A stretch of DNA of 64,000 nt, taken from positions 868,001 through 932,000 of the forward strand of contig CAXKVF010000074.1 in assembly GCA_964057225.1 (NCBI GenBank). The letters are read 5' to 3'. How positions within the stretch are numbered: the first letter of the stretch is position 1; every line of letters starts with the position of its first letter. Below are positions 42,059-55,611 of the stretch, piece after piece. The notes below the pieces were generated by a model. It saw only the letters and a program-made list of their open reading frames with translations. It had not been told where the DNA came from and made no database searches. Made by a program: the position numbers and the translations under genes. The DNA comes from Auanema rhodensis. Lineage: Eukaryota; Animalia; Nematoda.

Positions 42059-45000
42059 TCACGTGAAAGATAAAGAGATGCGGTTTTCAAAATTAGATTC
42101 CCCATGTCCATATTAGTCTAAAAACGAATTTTTATTGATATTGGTTCATGGTAACCATGACTTTGAAATTTACGTGAACTTTAATTTATGCTAATTAAAT
42201 GTACACGTGATGTGCACTTGGTATGTAACTCGCTTCACGTGAAAGATAAAGAGATGCGGTTTTCAAAATTAGATTCCCCATGTCCATATTAGTCTAAAAA
42301 CAAATTTTTATTGATATTGGTGCATGGTAACCATGACTTTGAAATTTACGTGAACTTTAATTTATGCTAATTAAATGTACACGTGATGTGCACTTGGTAT
42401 GTAACTCGCTTCACGTGAAAGATAAAGAGATGCGGTTTTCAAAATTAGATTCCCCATGTCCATATTAGTCTAAAAATAAATTTTTATTGATATTGGTGCA
42501 TGGTAACCATGACTTTGAAATTTACGTGAACTTTAATTTATGCTAATTAAATGTACACGTGATGTGCACTTGGTATGTAACTCGCTTCACGTGAAAGATA
42601 AAGAGATGCGGTTTTCAAAATTAGATTCCCCATGTCCATATTAGTCTAAAAACGAATTTTTATTGATATTGGTTCATGGTAACCATGACTTTGAAATTTA
42701 CGTGAACTTTAATTTATGCTAATTAAATGTACACGTGATGTGCACTTGGTATGTAACTCGCTTCACGTGAAAGATAAAGAGATGCGGTTTTCAAAATTAG
42801 ATTCCCCATGTCCATATTAGTCTAAAAACAAATTTTTATTGATATTGGTTCATGGTAACCATGACTTTGAAATTTACGTGAACTTTAATTTATGCTAATT
42901 AAATGTACACGTGATGTGCACTTGGTATGTAACTCGCTTCACGTGAAAGATAAAGAGATGCGGTTTTCAAAATTAGATTCCCCATGTCCATATTAGTCTA
43001 AAAACAAATTTTTATTGATATTGGTGCATGGTAACCATGACTTTGAAATTTACGTGAACTTTAATTTATGCTAATTAAATGTACACGTGATGTGCACTTG
43101 GTATGTAACTCGCTTCACGTGAAAGATAAAGAGATGCGGTTTTCAAAATTAGATTCCCCATGTCCATATTAGTCTAAAAACGAATTTTTATTGATATTGG
43201 TTCATGGTAACCATGACTTTGAAATTTACGTGAACTTTAATTTATGCTAATTAAATGTACACGTGATGTGCACTTGGTATGTAACTCGCTTCACGTGAAA
43301 GATAAAGAGATGCGGTTTTGAAAATTAGATTCCCCATGTCCATATTAGTCTAAAAACAAATTTTTATTGATATTGGTTCATGGTAACCATGACTTTGAAA
43401 TTTACGTGAACTTTAATTTATGCTAATTAAATGTACACGTGATGTGCACTTGGTATGTAACTCGCTTCACGTGAAAGATAAAGAGATGCGGTTTTCAAAA
43501 TTAGATTCCCCATGTCCATATTAGTCTAAAAACAAATTTTTATTGATATTGGTTCATGGTAACCATGACTTTGAAATTTACGTGAACTTTAATTTATGCT
43601 AATTAAATGTACACGTGATGTGCACTTGGTATGTAACTCGCTTCACGTGAAAGATAAAGAGATGCGGTTTTCAAAATTAGATTCCCCATGTCCATATTAG
43701 TCTAAAAACAAATTTTTATTGATATTGGTGCATGGTAACCATGACTTTGAAATTTACGTGAACTTTAATTTATGCTAATTAAATGTACACGTGATGTGCA
43801 CTTGGTATGTAACTCGCTTCACGTGAAAGATAAAGAGATGCGGTTTTCAAAATTAAATTCCCCATGTCCATATTAGTCTAAGAACGAATTTTTATTGATA
43901 TTGGTTCATGGTAACCATGACTTTGAAATTTACGTGAACTTTAATTTATGCTAATTAAATGTACACGTGATGTGCACTTGGTATGTAACTCGCTTCACGT
44001 GAAAGATAAAGAGATGCGGTTTTCAAAATTAGATTCCCCATGTCCATATTAGTCTAAAAACAAATTTTTATTGATATTGGTTCATGGTAACCATGACTTT
44101 GAAATTTACGTGAACTTTAATTTATGCTAATTAAATGTACACGTGATGTGCACTTGGTATGTAACTCGCTTCACGTGAAAGATAAAGAGATGCGGTTTTC
44201 AAAATTAGATTCCCCATGTCCATATTAGTCTAAAAACAAATTTTTATTGATATTGGTTCATGGTAACCATGACTTTGAAATTTACGTGAACTTTAATTTA
44301 TGCTAATTAAATGTACACGTGATGTGCACTTGGTATGTAACTCGCTTCACGTGAAAGATAAAGAGATGCGGTTTTCAAAATTAGATTCCCCATGTCCATA
44401 TTAGTCTAAAAACAAATTTTTATTGATATTGGTGCATGGTAACCATGACTTTGAAATTTACGTGAACTTTAATTTATGCTAATTAAATGTACACGTGATG
44501 TGCACTTGGTATGTAACTCGCTTCACGTGAAAGATAAAGAGATGCGGTTTTCAAAATTAAATTCCCCATGTCCATATTAGTCTAAAAACAAATTTTTATT
44601 GATATTGGTTCATGGTAACCATGACTTTGAAATTTACGTGAACTTTAATTTATGCTAATTAAATGTACACGTGATGTGCACTTGGTATGTAACTCGCTTC
44701 ACGTGAAAGATAAAGAGATGCGGTTTTCAAAATTAGATTCCCCATGTCCATATTAGTCTTAAAACAAATTTTTATTGATATTGGTTCATGGTAACCATGA
44801 CTTTGAAATTTACGTGAACTTTAATTTATGCTAATTAAATGTACACGTGATGTGCACTTGTTATGTAACTCGCTTCACGTGAAAGATAAAGAGATGCGGT
44901 TTTCAAAATTAGATTCCCCATGTCCATATTAGTCTAAAAACAAATTTTTATTGATATTAGTTCATGGTAACCATGACTTTGAAATTTACGTGAACTTTAA

Positions 45001-48000
45001 TTTATGCTAATTAAATGTACACGTGATGTGCACTTGGTATGTAACTCGCTTCACGTGAAAGATAAAGAGATGCGGTTTTCAAAATTAGATTCCCCATGTC
45101 CATATTAGTCTAAAAACAAATTTTTATTGATATTGGTGCATGGTAACCATGACTTTGAAATTTACGTGAACTTTAATTTATGCTAATTAAATGTACACGT
45201 GATGTGCACTTGGTATGTAACTCGCTTCACGTGAAAGATAAAGAGATGCGGTTTTCAAAATTAGATTCCCCATGTCCATATTAGTCTAAAAACAAATTTT
45301 TATTGATATTGGTGCATGGTAACCATGACTTTGAAATTTACGTGAACTTTAATTTATGCTAATTAAATGTACACGTGATGTGCACTTGGTATGTAACTCG
45401 CTTCACGTGAAAGATAAAGAGATGCGGTTTTCAAAATTAGATTCCCCATGTCCATATTAGTCTAAAAACAAATTTTTATTGATATTGGTTCATGGTAACC
45501 ATGACTTTGAAATTTACGTGAACTTTAATTTATGCTAATTAAATGTATACGTGATGTGCACTTGGTATGTAACTCGCTTCACGTGAAAGATAAAGAGATG
45601 CGGTTTTCAAAATTAGATTCCCCATGTCCATATTAGTCTAAAAACAAATTTTTATTGATATTGGTTCATGGTAACCATGACTTTGAAATTTACGTGAACT
45701 TTAATTTATGCTAATTAAATGTATACGTGATGTGCACTTGGTATGTAACTCGCTTCACGTGAAAGATAAAGAGATGCAGTTTTCAAAATTAGATTCCCCA
45801 TGTCCATATTAGTCTAAAAACAAATTTTTATTGATATTGGTTCATGGTAACCATGACTTTGAAATTTACGTGAACTTTAATTTATGCTAATTAAATGTAC
45901 ACGTGATGTGCACTTGGTATGTAACTCGCTTCACGTGAAAGATAAAGAGATGCGGTTTTCAAAATTAGATTCCCCATGTCCATATTAGTCTAAAAACAAA
46001 TTTTTCTTGATATTGGTTCATGGTAACCATGACTTTGAAATTTACGTGAACTTTAATTTATGCTAATTAAATGTACACGTGATGTGCACTTGGTATGTAA
46101 CTCGCTTCACGTGAAAGATAAAGAGATGCGGTTTTCAAAATTAGATTCCCCATGTCCATATTAGTCTAAAAACAAATTTTTATTGATATTGGTGCATGGT
46201 AACCATGACTTTGAAATTTACGTGAACTTTAATTTATGCTAATTAAATGTACACGTGATGTGCACTTGGTATGTAACTCGCTTCACGTGAAAGATAAAGA
46301 GATGCGGTTTTCAAAATTAAATTCCCCATGTCCATATTAGTCTAAAAACAAATTTTTATTGATATTGGTTCATGGTAACCATGACTTTGAAATTTACGTG
46401 AACTTTAATTTATGCTAATTAAATGTACACGTGATGTGCACTTGGTATGTAACTCGCTTCACGTGAAAGATAAAGAGATGCGGTTTTCAAAATTAGATTC
46501 CCCATGTCCATATTAGTCTTAAAACAAATTTTTATTGATATTGGTTCATGGTAACCATGACTTTGAAATTTACGTGAACTTTAATTTATGCTAATTAAAT
46601 GTACACGTGATGTGCACTTGGTATGTAACTCGCTTCACGTGAAAGATAAAGAGATGCGGTTTTCAAAATTAGATTCCCCATGTCCATATTAGTCTAAAAA
46701 CAAATTTTTATTGATATTAGTTCATGGTAACCATGACTTTGAAATTTACGTGAACTTTAATTTATGCTAATTAAATGTACACGTGATGTGCACTTGGTAT
46801 GTAACTCGCTTCACGTGAAAGATGAAGAGATGCGGTTTTCAAAATTAGATTCCCCATGTCCATATTAGTCTAAAAACAAATTTTTATTGATATTGGTGCA
46901 TGGTAACCATGACTTTGAAATTTACGTGAACTTTAATTTATGCTAATTAAATGTACACGTGACGTGCACTTGGTATGTAACTCGCTTCACGTGAAAGATA
47001 AAGAGATGCGGTTTTCAAAATTAGATTCCCCATGTCCATATTAGTCTAAAAACAAATTTTTATTGATATTGGTGCATGGTAACCATGACTTTGAAATTTA
47101 CGTGAACTTTAATTTATGCTAATTAAATGTACACGTGATGTGCACTTGGTATGTAACTCGCTTCACGTGAAAGATAAAGAGATGCGGTTTTCAAAATTAG
47201 ATTCCCCATGTCCATATTAGTCTAAAAACAAATTTTTATTGATATTGGTTCATGGTAACCATGACTTTGAAATTTACGTGAACTTTAATTTATGCTAATT
47301 AAATGTATACGTGATGTGCACTTGGTATGTAACTCGCTTCACGTGAAAGATAAAGAGATGCGGTTTTCAAAATTAGATTCCCCATGTCCATATTAGTCTA
47401 AAAACAAATTTTTATTGATATTGGTTCATGGTAACCATGACTTTGAAATTTACGTGAACTTTAATTTATGCTAATTAAATGTATACGTGATGTGCACTTG
47501 GTATGTAACTCGCTTCACGTGAAAGATAAAGAGATGCAGTTTTCAAAATTAGATTCCCCATGTCCATATTAGTCTAAAAACAAATTTTTATTGATATTGG
47601 TTCATGGTAACCATGACTTTGAAATTTACGTGAACTTTAATTTATGCTAATTAAATGTACACGTGATGTGCACTTGGTATGTAACTCGCTTCACGTGAAA
47701 GATAAAGAGATGCGGTTTTCAAAATTAGATTCCCCATGTCCATATTAGTCTAAAAACAAATTTTTCTTGATATTGGTTCATGGTAACCATGACTTTGAAA
47801 TTTACGTGAACTTTAATTTATGCTAATTAAATGTACACGTGATGTGCACTTGGTATGTAACTCGCTTCACGTGAAAGATAAAGAGATGCGGTTTTCAAAA
47901 TTAGATTCCCCATGTCCATATTAGTCTAAAAACGAATTTTTATTGATATTGGTTCATGGTAACCATGACTTTGAAATTTACGTGAACTTTAATTTATGCT

Positions 48001-51000
48001 AATTAAATGTACACGTGATGTGCACTTGGTATGTAACTCGCTTCACGTGAAAGATAAAGAGATGCGGTTTTCAAAATTAGATTCCCCATGTCCATATTAG
48101 TCTAAAAACAAATTTTTATTGATATTGGTGCATGGTAACCATGACTTTGAAATTTACGTGAACTTTAATTTATGCTAATTAAATGTACACGTGATGTGCA
48201 CTTGGTATGTAACTCGCTTCACGTGAAAGATAAAGAGATGCGGTTTTCAAAATTAGATTCCCCATGTCCATATTAGTCTAAAAATAAATTTTTATTGATA
48301 TTGGTGCATGGTAACCATGACTTTGAAATTTACGTGAACTTTAATTTATGCTAATTAAATGTACACGTGATGTGCACTTGGTATGTAACTCGCTTCACGT
48401 GAAAGATAAAGAGATGCGGTTTTCAAAATTAGATTCCCCATGTCCATATTAGTCTAAAAACGAATTTTTATTGATATTGGTTCATGGTAACCATGACTTT
48501 GAAATTTACGTGAACTTTAATTTATGCTAATTAAATGTACACGTGATGTGCACTTGGTATGTAACTCGCTTCACGTGAAAGATAAAGAGATGCGGTTTTC
48601 AAAATTAGATTCCCCATGTCCATATTAGTCTAAAAACAAATTTTTATTGATATTGGTTCATGGTAACCATGACTTTGAAATTTACGTGAACTTTAATTTA
48701 TGCTAATTAAATGTACACGTGATGTGCACTTGGTATGTAACTCGCTTCACGTGAAAGATAAAGAGATGCGGTTTTCAAAATTAGATTCCCCATGTCCATA
48801 TTAGTCTAAAAACAAATTTTTATTGATATTGGTGCATGGTAACCATGACTTTGAAATTTACGTGAACTTTAATTTATGCTAATTAAATGTACACGTGATG
48901 TGCACTTGGTATGTAACTCGCTTCACGTGAAAGATAAAGAGATGCGGTTCTCAAAATTAGATTCCCCATGTCCATATTAGTCTAAAAACGAATTTTTATT
49001 GATATTGGTTCATGGTAACCATGACTTTGAAATTTACGTGAACTTTAATTTATGCTAATTAAATGTACACGTGATGTGCACTTGGTATGTAACTCGCTTC
49101 ACGTGAAAGATAAAGAGATGCGGTTTTGAAAATTAGATTCCCCATGTCCATATTAGTCTAAAAACAAATTTTTATTGATATTGGTTCATGGTAACCATGA
49201 CTTTGAAATTTACGTGAACTTTAATTTATGCTAATTAAATGTACACGTGATGTGCACTTGGTATGTAACTCGCTTCACGTGAAAGATAAAGAGATGCGGT
49301 TTTCAAAATTAGATTCCCCATGTCCATATTAGTCTAAAAACAAATTTTTATTGATATTGGTTCATGGTAACCATGACTTTGAAATTTACGTGAACTTTAA
49401 TTTATGCTAATTAAATGTACACGTGATGTGCACTTGGTATGTAACTCGCTTCACGTGAAAGATAAAGAGATGCGGTTTTCAAAATTAGATTCCCCATGTC
49501 CATATTAGTCTAAAAACAAATTTTTATTGATATTGGTGCATGGTAACCATGACTTTGAAATTTACGTGAACTTTAATTTATGCTAATTAAATGTACACGT
49601 GATGTGCACTTGGTATGTAACTCGCTTCACGTGAAAGATAAAGAGATGCGGTTTTCAAAATTAAATTCCCCATGTCCATATTAGTCTAAGAACGAATTTT
49701 TATTGATATTGGTTCATGGTAACCATGACTTTGAAATTTACGTGAACTTTAATTTATGCTAATTAAATGTACACGTGATGTGCACTTGGTATGTAACTCG
49801 CTTCACGTGAAAGATAAAGAGATGCGGTTTTCAAAATTAGATTCCCCATGTCCATATTAGTCTAAAAACAAATTTTTATTGATATTGGTTCATGGTAACC
49901 ATGACTTTGAAATTTACGTGAACTTTAATTTATGCTAATTAAATGTACACGTGATGTGCACTTGGTATGTAACTCGCTTCACGTGAAAGATAAAGAGATG
50001 CGGTTTTCAAAATTAGATTCCCCATGTCCATATTAGTCTAAAAACAAATTTTTATTGATATTGGTTCATGGTAACCATGACTTTGAAATTTACGTGAACT
50101 TTAATTTATGCTAATTAAATGTACACGTGATGTGCACTTGGTATGTAACTCGCTTCACGTGAAAGATAAAGAGATGCGGTTTTCAAAATTAGATTCCCCA
50201 TGTCCATATTAGTCTAAAAACAAATTTTTATTGATATTGGTGCATGGTAACCATGACTTTGAAATTTACGTGAACTTTAATTTATGCTAATTAAATGTAC
50301 ACGTGATGTGCACTTGGTATGTAACTCGCTTCACGTGAAAGATAAAGAGATGCGGTTTTCAAAATTAAATTCCCCATGTCCATATTAGTCTAAAAACAAA
50401 TTTTTATTGATATTGGTTCATGGTAACCATGACTTTGAAATTTACGTGAACTTTAATTTATGCTAATTAAATGTACACGTGATGTGCACTTGGTATGTAA
50501 CTCGCTTCACGTGAAAGATAAAGAGATGCGGTTTTCAAAATTAGATTCCCCATGTCCATATTAGTCTTAAAACAAAATTTTTATTGATATTGGTTCATGG
50601 TAACCATGACTTTGAAATTTACGTGAACTTTAATTTATGCTAATTAAATGTACACGTGATGTGCACTTGGTATGTAACTCGCTTCACGTGAAAGATAAAG
50701 AGATGCGGTTTTCAAAATTAGATTCCCCATGTCCATATTAGTCTAAAAACAAATTTTTATTGATATTAGTTCATGGTAACCATGACTTTGAAATTTACGT
50801 GAACTTTAATTTATGCTAATTAAATGTACACGTGATGTGCACTTGGTATGTAACTCGCTTCACGTGAAAGATGAAGAGATGCGGTTTTCAAAATTAGATT
50901 CCCCATGTCCATATTAGTCTAAAAACAAATTTTTATTGATATTGGTGCATGGTAACCATGACTTTGAAATTTACGTGAACTTTAATTTATGCTAATTAAA

Positions 51001-54000
51001 TGTATACGTGATGTGCACTTGGTATGTAACTCGCTTCACGTGAAAGATAAAGAGATGCGGTTTTCAAAATTAGATTCCCCATGTCCATATTAGTCTAAAA
51101 ACAAATTTTTATTGATATTGGTTCATGGTAACCATGACTTTGAAATTTACGTGAACTTTAATTTATGCTAATTAAATGTATACGTGATGTGCACTTGGTA
51201 TGTAACTCGCTTCACGTGAAAGATAAAGAGATGCAGTTTTCAAAATTAGATTCCCCATGTCCATATTAGTCTAAAAACAAATTTTTATTGATATTGGTTC
51301 ATGGTAACCATGACTTTGAAATTTACGTGAACTTTAATTTATGCTAATTAAATGTACACGTGATGTGCACTTGGTATGTAACTCGCTTCACGTGAAAGAT
51401 AAAGAGATGCGGTTTTCAAAATTAGATTCCCCATGTCCATATTAGTCTAAAAACAAATTTTTCTTGATATTGGTTCATGGTAACCATGACTTTGAAATTT
51501 ACGTGAACTTTAATTTATGCTAATTAAATGTACACGTGATGTGCACTTGGTATGTAACTCGCTTCACGTGAAAGATAAAGAGATGCGGTTTTCAAAATTA
51601 GATTCCCCATGTCCATATTAGTCTAAAAACGAATTTTTATTGATATTGGTTCATGGTAACCATGACTTTGAAATTTACGTGAACTTTAATTTATGCTAAT
51701 TAAATGTACACGTGATGTGCACTTGGTATGTAACTCGCTTCACGTGAAAGATAAAGAGATGCGGTTTTCAAAATTAGATTCCCCATGTCCATATTAGTCT
51801 AAAAACAAATTTTTATTGATATTGGTGCATGGTAACCATGACTTTGAAATTTACGTGAACTTTAATTTATGCTAATTAAATGTACACGTGATGTGCACTT
51901 GGTATGTAACTCGCTTCACGTGAAAGATAAAGAGATGCGGTTTTCAAAATTAGATTCCCCATGTCCATATTAGTCTAAAAATAAATTTTTATTGATATTG
52001 GTGCATGGTAACCATGACTTTGAAATTTACGTGAACTTTAATTTATGCTAATTAAATGTACACGTGATGTGCACTTGGTATGTAACTCGCTTCACGTGAA
52101 AGATAAAGAGATGCGGTTTTCAAAATTAGATTCCCCATGTCCATATTAGTCTAAAAACGAATTTTTATTGATATTGGTTCATGGTAACCATGACTTTGAA
52201 ATTTACGTGAACTTTAATTTATGCTAATTAAATGTACACGTGATGTGCACTTGGTATGTAACTCGCTTCACGTGAAAGATAAAGAGATGCGGTTTTCAAA
52301 ATTAGATTCCCCATGTCCATATTAGTCTAAAAACAAATTTTTATTGATATTGGTTCATGGTAACCATGACTTTGAAATTTACGTGAACTTTAATTTATGC
52401 TAATTAAATGTACACGTGATGTGCACTTGGTATGTAACTCGCTTCACGTGAAAGATAAAGAGATGCGGTTTTCAAAATTAGATTCCCCATGTCCATATTA
52501 GTCTAAAAACAAATTTTTATTGATATTGGTGCATGGTAACCATGACTTTGAAATTTACGTGAACTTTAATTTATGCTAATTAAATGTACACGTGATGTGC
52601 ACTTGGTATGTAACTCGCTTCACGTGAAAGATAAAGAGATGCGGTTCTCAAAATTAGATTCCCCATGTCCATATTAGTCTAAAAACGAATTTTTATTGAT
52701 ATTGGTTCATGGTAACCATGACTTTGAAATTTACGTGAACTTTAATTTATGCTAATTAAATGTACACGTGATGTGCACTTGGTATGTAACTCGCTTCACG
52801 TGAAAGATAAAGAGATGCGGTTTTGAAAATTAGATTCCCCATGTCCATATTAGTCTAAAAACAAATTTTTATTGATATTGGTTCATGGTAACCATGACTT
52901 TGAAATTTACGTGAACTTTAATTTATGCTAATTAAATGTACACGTGATGTGCACTTGGTATGTAACTCGCTTCACGTGAAAGATAAAGAGATGCGGTTTT
53001 CAAAATTAGATTCCCCATGTCCATATTAGTCTAAAAACAAATTTTTATTGATATTGGTTCATGGTAACCATGACTTTGAAATTTACGTGAACTTTAATTT
53101 ATGCTAATTAAATGTACACGTGATGTGCACTTGGTATGTAACTCGCTTCACGTGAAAGATAAAGAGATGCGGTTTTCAAAATTAGATTCCCCATGTCCAT
53201 ATTAGTCTAAAAACAAATTTTTATTGATATTGGTGCATGGTAACCATGACTTTGAAATTTACGTGAACTTTAATTTATGCTAATTAAATGTACACGTGAT
53301 GTGCACTTGGTATGTAACTCGCTTCACGTGAAAGATAAAGAGATGCGGTTTTCAAAATTAAATTCCCCATGTCCATATTAGTCTAAGAACGAATTTTTAT
53401 TGATATTGGTTCATGGTAACCATGACTTTGAAATTTACGTGAACTTTAATTTATGCTAATTAAATGTACACGTGATGTGCACTTGGTATGTAACTCGCTT
53501 CACGTGAAAGATAAAGAGATGCGGTTTTCAAAATTAGATTCCCCATGTCCATATTAGTCTAAAAACAAATTTTTATTGATATTGGTTCATGGTAACCATG
53601 ACTTTGAAATTTACGTGAACTTTAATTTATGCTAATTAAATGTACACGTGATGTGCACTTGGTATGTAACTCGCTTCACGTGAAAGATAAAGAGATGCGG
53701 TTTTCAAAATTAGATTCCCCATGTCCATATTAGTCTAAAAACAAATTTTTATTGATATTGGTTCATGGTAACCATGACTTTGAAATTTACGTGAACTTTA
53801 ATTTATGCTAATTAAATGTACACGTGATGTGCACTTGGTATGTAACTCGCTTCACGTGAAAGATAAAGAGATGCGGTTTTCAAAATTAGATTCCCCATGT
53901 CCATATTAGTCTAAAAACAAATTTTTATTGATATTGGTGCATGGTAACCATGACTTTGAAATTTACGTGAACTTTAATTTATGCTAATTAAATGTACACG

Positions 54001-55611
54001 TGATGTGCACTTGGTATGTAACTCGCTTCACGTGAAAGATAAAGAGATGCGGTTTTCAAAATTAAATTCCCCATGTCCATATTAGTCTAAAAACAAATTT
54101 TTATTGATATTGGTTCATGGTAACCATGACTTTGAAATTTACGTGAACTTTAATTTATGCTAATTAAATGTACACGTGATGTGCACTTGGTATGTAACTC
54201 GCTTCACGTGAAAGATAAAGAGATGCGGTTTTCAAAATTAGATTCCCCATGTCCATATTAGTCTTAAAACAAATTTTTATTGATATTGGTTCATGGTAAC
54301 CATGACTTTGAAATTTACGTGAACTTTAATTTATGCTAATTAAATGTACACGTGATGTGCACTTGGTATGTAACTCGCTTCACGTGAAAGATAAAGAGAT
54401 GCGGTTTTCAAAATTAGATTCCCCATGTCCATATTAGTCTAAAAACAAATTTTTATTGATATTAGTTCATGGTAACCATGACTTTGAAATTTACGTGAAC
54501 TTTAATTTATGCTAATTAAATGTACACGTGATGTGCACTTGGTATGTAACTCGCTTCACGTGAAAGATGAAGAGATGCGGTTTTCAAAATTAGATTCCCC
54601 ATGTCCATATTAGTCTAAAAACAAATTTTTATTGATATTGGTGCATGGTAACCATGACTTTGAAATTTACGTGAACTTTAATTTATGCTAATTAAATGTA
54701 CACGTGATGTGCACTTGGTATGTAACTCGCTTCACGTGAAAGATAAAGAGATGCGGTTTTCAAAATTAGATTCCCCATGTCCATATTAGTCTAAAAACAA
54801 ATTTTTATTGATATTGGTGCATGGTAACCATGACTTTGAAATTTACGTGAACTTTAATTTATGCTAATTAAATGTACACGTGATGTGCACTTGGTATGTA
54901 ACTCGCTTCACGTGAAAGATAAAGAGATGCGGTTTTCAAAATTAGATTCCCCATGTCCATATTAGTCTAAAAACAAATTTTTATTGATATTGGTTCATGG
55001 TAACCATGACTTTGAAATTTACGTGAACTTTAATTTATGCTAATTAAATGTATACGTGATGTGCACTTGGTATGTAACTCGCTTCACGTGAAAGATAAAG
55101 AGATGCGGTTTTCAAAATTAGATTCCCCATGTCCATATTAGTCTAAAAACAAATTTTTATTGATATTGGTTCATGGTAACCATGACTTTGAAATTTACGT
55201 GAACTTTAATTTATGCTAATTAAATGTATACGTGATGTGCACTTGGTATGTAACTCGCTTCACGTGAAAGATAAAGAGATGCAGTTTTCAAAATTAGATT
55301 CCCCATGTCCATATTAGTCTAAAAACAAATTTTTATTGATATTGGTTCATGGTAACCATGACTTTGAAATTTACGTGAACTTTAATTTATGCTAATTAAA
55401 TGTACACGTGATGTGCACTTGGTATGTAACTCGCTTCACGTGAAAGATAAAGAGATGCGGTTTTCAAAATTAGATTCCCCATGTCCATATTAGTCTAAAA
55501 ACAAATTTTTCTTGATATTGGTTCATGGTAACCATGACTTTGAAATTTACGTGAACTTTAATTTATGCTAATTAAATGTACACGTGATGTGCACTTGGTA
55601 TGTAACTCGCT
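42059..55611. repeat. ~23-monomer (~4.05-kb) higher-order repeat, three copies with structural variants (42059-46106, extra 10-mer 46107-47866, 21-mer 47867-51563, 51564-55611)
   Basis: Ordered markers AAAAATAAA, TTTTGAAAA, TTAAATT+AAGAACG, TTAAATT, CTTAAAA, TTAGTT, GTATAC x2, GCAGT, TTTCTT repeat. The C67T marker is at 42477, 48285 and 51982 (33 and 21 monomers apart). Confidence 0.88.
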
